Below the pieces are notes generated by a model, which saw nothing but the letters and a program-made list of their open reading frames with translations, made no database searches and was not told the DNA's origin. A stretch of DNA of 39,462 bases from Chloroflexota bacterium (GTDB lineage: Bacteria > Chloroflexota > Dehalococcoidia > Lucifugimonadales > UBA3495): positions 1-39,462 of the forward strand of contig JADFJS010000001.1 in the NCBI GenBank assembly GCA_022566155.1, written 5' to 3'. Every line of letters begins with the position of its first letter. Positions within the stretch are counted from its first letter, which is position 1. Made by a program: the position numbers and the translations under genes. Below are positions 34,293 to 39,462 of the stretch, piece by piece.

Positions 34293-35984
34293 TTGAAACT
34301 GAAGGGTGCGGAAATCATGTGCGAGAGTCTGCTCCGCCAGGGAGTGGACGTGATGTTCGGGTATCCCGGGGGGGCCATCCTACCATTTTATGACGCCCTC
34401 TGGAGCTATCCCCAGCTACGGCATATCCTGGTGCGCCACGAGCAGGCGGCGGCTCATGCCGCCGACGGTTATGCCCGCGTCACCGGCCGGCCGGGCGTGT
34501 GCGTGGCTACCTCCGGACCAGGGGCGACCAACCTGATCACCGGAATCATGGGCGCCAAAGCCGATTCGGTGCCAATGGTGGCCATCACGGGACAGGTGGC
34601 GCGCACAGCCATGGGCACCGAGGCGTTTCAGGAGTGCGATATCTGTTCCATCGCCGCTCCCTGCACCAAGAGGACATACCTGGTTATGTCGGCGGCGGAC
34701 CTGGCGCCCACCATCCAAGAAGCCTTCCAGGTCGCCCTTGAGGGGCGCCCGGGACCGGTGCTGATCGACGTACCCCGGGATGTTCAGTTGGAAGAGGTAG
34801 AAGCAGTCTTCCCTGAGCTCGAGGAGATAACCGTCCCTACTCCCACGGCCGAGGTCCTGGAGCGGGTGCAGCAGGCCGCCCGATTGATCAACGAAGCCGA
34901 GCGGCCCGTCATCATCAGCGGACACGGCATCATGGCCTCCGGGGCCTCGGAACCCCTGTTGGCCCTGGCCGAGACAACCGGCATCCCTGTTATCACCACG
35001 CTCTTGGGTCTTGGGGGGTTTCCCGGAAATCATCCCCTGAGCCTGGGCATGCTGGGTATGCACGGCATGTATTGGGCCAACCTGGCAGTGCATCAGGCCG
35101 ACTTGATCATAGGCTTGGGTATGCGCTTCGACGACCGGGTCACCGGTAAGGCATCCACCTTTGCGCCCCACGCCCGGATCATACACCTGGACATAGAGGC
35201 GACTCAGGTGGGACGCAACGTGCCGGTGGAAGTGCCCCTGGTAGGCGATGCCAAGACGCTGCTGGAGGCCCTTGTGCCCCTGGTAAGGCATGCGCACCGG
35301 CCCCAATGGATCGGCTACATCGACCAGCTAAAACGGGACCATCCGTCCCTGGCCATCCCTCCTTCCGACATCCTCCAGACACAGCACGTCATGACCAGCC
35401 TGAATGAATTGATACAAGAAAATCCAGAGAGCGTGGTGGTAACTGGAGTGGGCCTGCATCAGATGTGGGCCGCCCAGTTCCTGTCCTTCAATCGCCCCAA
35501 CTGCTTTGTCTCTTCGGGCGGGCTTGGAGCCATGGGTTTCGAGCTGCCCGCGGCCTTAGGGGCGCAGGCAGGCCGTCCTGATGCCACGGTGTGGACCATC
35601 GCCGGCGACGGCGGCTTCCAGATGACCCTGCAAGAGTTGGCAACCGTTACCGAGTCCAAGCTGCCGGTGAAGATTGCCCTGTTCAACAATGGTTACTTGG
35701 GCATGGTCCGGCAGTGGCAGGAGCTGTTCTTCGATAACCACCTGAAAGATGTTCCCATACCCGGTCCCAATTACGTGGATCTGGCCGGCTCTTTCGGGGT
35801 ACCCGCTATGCGGGTGACTGACCGGGAGGAGGTGTTGCCCGCGCTGCGCCGGGCCCAGGCCCACGACGGTCCATTCCTTATCGAGTTCGTGGTCGACCCC
35901 AACACCAACCTCTACCCCATGGTGCCGCCCGGCGGTTCCCTGGCCGACACCATGGAAGACCCGCTGATTAAAAACGGGGGCTGA
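34293..35984 (+). CDS. acetolactate synthase (AHAS) large-subunit paralog, no adjacent small subunit
   Basis: Collinear with ilvB at 6684 and shares identical runs LRHILVRHEQAA, ATSGPGATNL, GRPGPVL, HQMWAAQ and IAGDGGFQMT. TTG start with GGAGG 5 nt upstream. ATG 34317 is the alternative start. Confidence 0.9.
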   Translation: MKLKGAEIMCESLLRQGVDVMFGYPGGAILPFYDALWSYPQLRHILVRHEQAAAHAADGYARVTGRPGVCVATSGPGATNLITGIMGAKADSVPMVAITGQVARTAMGTEAFQECDICSIAAPCTKRTYLVMSAADLAPTIQEAFQVALEGRPGPVLIDVPRDVQLEEVEAVFPELEEITVPTPTAEVLERVQQAARLINEAERPVIISGHGIMASGASEPLLALAETTGIPVITTLLGLGGFPGNHPLSLGMLGMHGMYWANLAVHQADLIIGLGMRFDDRVTGKASTFAPHARIIHLDIEATQVGRNVPVEVPLVGDAKTLLEALVPLVRHAHRPQWIGYIDQLKRDHPSLAIPPSDILQTQHVMTSLNELIQENPESVVVTGVGLHQMWAAQFLSFNRPNCFVSSGGLGAMGFELPAALGAQAGRPDATVWTIAGDGGFQMTLQELATVTESKLPVKIALFNNGYLGMVRQWQELFFDNHLKDVPIPGPNYVDLAGSFGVPAMRVTDREEVLPALRRAQAHDGPFLIEFVVDPNTNLYPMVPPGGSLADTMEDPLIKNGG

Positions 35985-36011
35985 CGCGGCTCTGGTTGGT
36001 ACCTGCCGGCG

Positions 36012-37199
36012 CTAGTAGGTCCTTTTTGGCCCTCTGGTCGCCCAGGCGATGCCGTTTAGGATGATGACCATGATTACCAGCACGACGGCAACGCCGATGG
36101 CGACGATGATCCCGACGTTTAGGGCCGTGATTAGAGACCCGGCTTCCTCCACCAACGAAAGCTCGATCCGCGCTTTCGGTTCCTCGTCAAGGCCCGGGAC
36201 TCCCGGCGATCGGTCTGGGTCATCTCCCGGTTCCTGCTGAACCGAGCCTTCACGAACCTCTTTGGTCTTGATCTTGCCCTGGGCTTCCAGAAAGCCCATC
36301 ACTCTGTCGAAGTCTGCCGTGCGTACTATCAGGGTCAGGTCAGCACTTTCCTTGCCGTCCCGCTGGGAAAGGAACACCTGTTCCACTATACCGTCAATGC
36401 TGACGACAAAACCCTTGGCCGCTTCCAAACTCTCGCCGACGTCTTCCACCTCCATGGACAGGTTCCCCGACGGAGGTTGAGCCAGCGGCATCTGGGGTGG
36501 AAATAGGGATACCGTGATGGTGGCCAGGTCCACCCTGCGCTCCAGGAAGTTCAACTGGCCTTGCCACCTTTCGACTTCAGCCCTAACCCTGGCCAGCTCC
36601 CGCTCAATGGCCAGCACTTCGCTAACGGTCCCCGACCTACCCAACAACGATAAGAGGCTTTCTTCTTCCCGGAGAGAGCTTGTCAACCGGGCTTCCAGGT
36701 CTATGAACTGCTCGGATACGTCCTCTGTGCCCAGGTTCTTGCTCTGAACCTCCCCCAGGGCCTCGATCCGCTCAAGGGCCGTGAAGAATTGTGCTTGCGG
36801 GACCCGGATGGTCATGGACGCCTGCTGGCGGCTGGCGGCCCCGGAGCTGGAAAGTTGCTCCACGAATCCCCCCATGCCCTCGGCGATGGTGCGGATCTGC
36901 GTCACGGCTTCCTCGACAACATTTACCTTGATGGAGACCGTGGCCGACGAGATCACTTTCCGTTGGAGGGTCTGCATCGCCAGGCCCGACGCGATGCCGC
37001 CAAATCCGGCTTCTGGCGCAGCAAAAGCGGGAGCGGCTAGGGCCTGAGACGCGATCACCCCCTCGTCTGCCCGCGCACCGCGTGAGGTCGAAGAGAGGTC
37101 ATCGGCTGATTCCTTCGATCCCGCGACCTCAGGATCGGGACTACATGCCAGAAGGAATAGGAGCAGACCTGCCGTAACAAGAACCAGGATCTTCGCCAT
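36012..37199 (-). CDS. DUF4349-domain lipoprotein with C-terminal TM anchor
   Basis: Lipobox LFLLAC at the N-terminus. The DUF4349-type core is VISSATVSIKV...IRVPQAQFFTALERIEALGEV...DVSEQFIDLEARL...LATITVSLF. A C-terminal hydrophobic helix is present. Confidence 0.75.
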   Translation of the reverse strand: MAKILVLVTAGLLLFLLACSPDPEVAGSKESADDLSSTSRGARADEGVIASQALAAPAFAAPEAGFGGIASGLAMQTLQRKVISSATVSIKVNVVEEAVTQIRTIAEGMGGFVEQLSSSGAASRQQASMTIRVPQAQFFTALERIEALGEVQSKNLGTEDVSEQFIDLEARLTSSLREEESLLSLLGRSGTVSEVLAIERELARVRAEVERWQGQLNFLERRVDLATITVSLFPPQMPLAQPPSGNLSMEVEDVGESLEAAKGFVVSIDGIVEQVFLSQRDGKESADLTLIVRTADFDRVMGFLEAQGKIKTKEVREGSVQQEPGDDPDRSPGVPGLDEEPKARIELSLVEEAGSLITALNVGIIVAIGVAVVLVIMVIILNGIAWATRGPKRTY

Positions 37200-37553
37200 G
37201 GCGACACCTCAGAGTTTGATTCTAATGTAATAGACGCCTAAGGCATGCCAAAAGTTCCGAGGGGAAGATCCGGCGCGCACCAACACCATAATAACATCCG
37301 TTGCTACAGCCGATTCTTTACAACTATTTCATTTGCCAACTGCACGGGCCGATCGAGACGTGGACCACCCATCTGAAACGCAGATCCCTCCTGGCACGGT
37401 ATCATCCAGAAAAGGGGATAACAGAACGGGGAAATCTTTGTCCTGCCGCCGGCGCAACTTGCGGGATATGGATGAATCGCCTAGACTAAACGGCATCCAG
37501 AAGGTCCGGCTCAAGAATGGCCGGCCAGCCGTTGGCCATATTCGGAGGAGACA

Positions 37554-37958
37554 ATGGAAAGCGTCACCATTCAAGAGGCTTCTGTGAGGCTGAATGTTTC
37601 CCAACGGACCATCCGGGAGAGCATACGAAACGGAGAGCTTAACGCCCATCGTGAACCGGGCCCATGGGGTCAGCGCTGGGTTGTGGAGCTTCCGGAAGAT
37701 GGTTGGGTGGAGAGTTTCAAGGCATCCCTCCAGGAGTTGGCCAGTAGCATCACGCCGTGGTGGTGGGCCACCGAAGCCAAGGTTGGTTTCGTTCACTATG
37801 TGCAGGACCTGGGGATCGAAGAGATCGAGCCCGTCTACCTGTGCGGACTGAAGGGGGACAACGTATGGGATGCCAGCGGCCATGACCATGAACAGCGCTG
37901 TCCCGATTGCCTGCAGGTGGCCAAAGACCGGGAATTGCCCCTATGGACCGATTCGTAG
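37554..37958 (+). CDS. hypothetical protein with N-terminal excisionase/MerR-type helix-turn-helix
   Basis: The ATG is preceded by GGAGGAG. VTIQEASVRLNVSQRTIRESIRNGEL is a classic HTH_17-like motif. The C-terminal HDHEQRCPDC may bind metal. I preferred it over the overlapping reverse ORF 37329..37889, which has no motif. Confidence 0.55.
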   Translation: MESVTIQEASVRLNVSQRTIRESIRNGELNAHREPGPWGQRWVVELPEDGWVESFKASLQELASSITPWWWATEAKVGFVHYVQDLGIEEIEPVYLCGLKGDNVWDASGHDHEQRCPDCLQVAKDRELPLWTDS

Positions 37959-38064
37959 ACCCCCGCTGCCACTGCTTGCCTTTCCCGCACTAGCAGCCGT
38001 TGGTTCGCGGCCTCACCTCAGATCCCACCAGGGCAGGCAGCTCCCCGCTCACTTCCCGGTCATC

Positions 38065-39444
38065 TCACCTATTACCCTGCTGCAACGGGTTTACCGCCAC
38101 GAATACGTCCTGGTGCCCGTTGGTGTCTTCCGGCGCCAGGTTTGACGCCTCCGACTCAAAGGCGATAAACCGGGCATCGGCGCTAATGGAAGGGGAAGCG
38201 CTGCGTCCGTCGCTATCAGCTCCATCGGGTCCTGCGCTGACTCGATGCGTGATCCCGGTCTCCCGGTCATGCACGAAGATGTCCCCGCTTCCGTTGGAGT
38301 CCTGTTCCACCAGGTTGAAGGCGTCGGACGAGAAGGCGACGAATCGGGCGTCACCGCTAACGGTGGGTTCCCTGCTGGTTCCATTCCCCTGATCCCCGGC
38401 GGAATCGACACTAGCTCTCCAGACGGTCCCGCCCTCCCGGCCGATCACAAACACATCGTCGGCCTGGTTGGTGTCCCCAGGCACAAGATCGGTGGCGTTG
38501 GAGCGGAGGGCAACCCAGGACCCGTCGGCGCTTATGGATAGCGCGCCCGCTGCGCCTATGCCAAAGACATTCTCGGGGTTTCCACCGGCAAGCGCCGTTA
38601 CCCCCGTCATGATGTCGCGCACGAGGACTTGAGACCTGCCCTGGGTGTCATCCGATGCCCAATCCTGCAGGTGGACAGCGAAGGCCACGACGAGGCCGTC
38701 GGCGCTGATCTCCGGTGCTCCGCCGGGCAGATTCCCGAACCGCTGGGGGTTGGCCCATGCGCCCTGGGTGGAGCCCTCAAGCCGGTCGTGAACGAATACG
38801 TCGGTGTTATTGTTATTGTCCCCTGCCACCAGGTTCGATGCGGAGGACTCGAAGGCTATGAACCGGCCGTCGCCGCTTATTGAAGGCGTACTGCTGAACC
38901 CGTTGCCTTGGGCGCCACCGGTAGACACGCTAACCCGGCGGGTTAGGCCGGTCTGAAGCTCATGGAGGAACACGTCGCCTGTCCCGTTTGTGTCCCCCGG
39001 CACCAGATTGGCCGCGAAGGAGAAGAAGGCGACGAAACGCCCGTCGGCGCTGATAGCGGGCTGCCCGCTTGACCCGTTGCCCTGAGTGCCGTCGGAGGCC
39101 ACGCTGACCCGCTGGGTGATCCCGGTTTCACGGTCATGGACGAATATGTCCCGGCTGCCGTTGGTGTCCCCATCCACCAGATTGGAGGCTTGCGAGGAAA
39201 AAGCGATGAACCTGCCGTCGGCGCTGATAGCTGGCTCCCCGCTAGGACCGTTGCCCTGGGCGCCGCCGGAGTCGACGCTGACCCTCTGTAGCGGTCTGGC
39301 CGGGGATTCTGCAGGTGGAGTGGCCAAACCTTCCGGCCCGCAAGCCACCAGCAAGACTACGCAGAAAACCACAGCCGGCAGGCGGGGCGAACGGGTCGAG
39401 GGTGGCGCCATGTGACGTACCCGGTTGAGGAGGGGGGCATTCAT
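38065..39444 (-). CDS. secreted lipoprotein with seven PD40/TolB-like beta-propeller repeats
   Basis: Lipobox LLVAC. Seven repeats of the type ISADGRFIAFxSxASNLVxGDTNGxxDIFVHDRxTGxTxRVSV...GxQGNG. The start may instead be ATG 39411 (MAPPSTRS...). Confidence 0.8.
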   Translation of the reverse strand: MNAPLLNRVRHMAPPSTRSPRLPAVVFCVVLLVACGPEGLATPPAESPARPLQRVSVDSGGAQGNGPSGEPAISADGRFIAFSSQASNLVDGDTNGSRDIFVHDRETGITQRVSVASDGTQGNGSSGQPAISADGRFVAFFSFAANLVPGDTNGTGDVFLHELQTGLTRRVSVSTGGAQGNGFSSTPSISGDGRFIAFESSASNLVAGDNNNNTDVFVHDRLEGSTQGAWANPQRFGNLPGGAPEISADGLVVAFAVHLQDWASDDTQGRSQVLVRDIMTGVTALAGGNPENVFGIGAAGALSISADGSWVALRSNATDLVPGDTNQADDVFVIGREGGTVWRASVDSAGDQGNGTSREPTVSGDARFVAFSSDAFNLVEQDSNGSGDIFVHDRETGITHRVSAGPDGADSDGRSASPSISADARFIAFESEASNLAPEDTNGHQDVFVAVNPLQQGNR

Positions 39445-39462
39445 CAGTGGATCGATCCGTAA

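Noticed and set aside
37329-37889. Reverse ORF of 186 aa overlapping the HTH gene
   Set aside because: No SD and no motif. The forward ORF has a strong GGAGGAG SD and a clear helix-turn-helix.
1-39462. Scan for tRNA, rRNA, tmRNA, RNase P, SRP RNA, CRISPR repeats, IS/transposase or integrase genes, and defence-island hallmarks
   Set aside because: I found no cloverleaf-like GTTCGA/T-loop contexts outside coding regions, no regularly spaced direct repeats, and no terminal inverted repeats flanking a transposase-like ORF. The only toxin-like module is the VapC pair.

Overview
GC-rich bacterial chromosomal segment of 39.5 kb, densely coding, with about 38 protein genes that I can support. I recognised no rRNA, tRNA, CRISPR array, transposase or integrase gene. 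T-box use and gene content fit a Chloroflexota- or Firmicutes-like lineage, but taxonomy cannot be settled from this window. Layout from left to right: a partial secreted-protein gene, a VOC/glyoxalase gene, an amidohydrolase, a polyprenyl synthase overlapping metG, then a T-box-controlled ilvB-ilvN-ilvC-leuA operon. Next come a small membrane protein, an MBL-fold nuclease-like protein, a peroxiredoxin interrupted by one TGA, a Gre-factor fusion, a quinone oxidoreductase, DUF59 plus Mrp/ApbC, a fused AccD-AccA carboxyltransferase and a Tag-like glycosylase. A five-gene amide-hydrolysis cluster follows (GatC/AtzG-like micro-ORF, amidase, two PuuE-like deacetylase-fold paralogs, amidohydrolase-like protein). 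After it lie a VapC/zinc-ribbon-antitoxin pair, tilS, a histidine phosphatase, a CNNM/CorB-type protein, tsaD, a PH-like membrane protein and an AhpD-like/primase-C-terminal fusion. The window ends with a second T-box in front of an orphan AHAS large-subunit paralog, a DUF4349 lipoprotein, an HTH protein and a 7-repeat PD40-type lipoprotein. Most notable observations: (1) the peroxiredoxin TGA falls exactly at the peroxidatic Cys and is followed by a SECIS-like hairpin, so it is probably a selenoprotein that the ORF track truncates; (2) the two AHAS paralogs sit behind two T-box leaders whose specifier loops appear to read Leu (CUC) and Ile (AUC); (3) there are three unusual domain fusions (integrase SAM-like + GreA; AhpD-like + P4/D5 primase C-terminal domain; zinc ribbon + Phd/YefM antitoxin); (4) the amidase cluster has an AtzG/GatC-like small subunit. 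All family assignments come from motif recognition by eye, and no database search was run.
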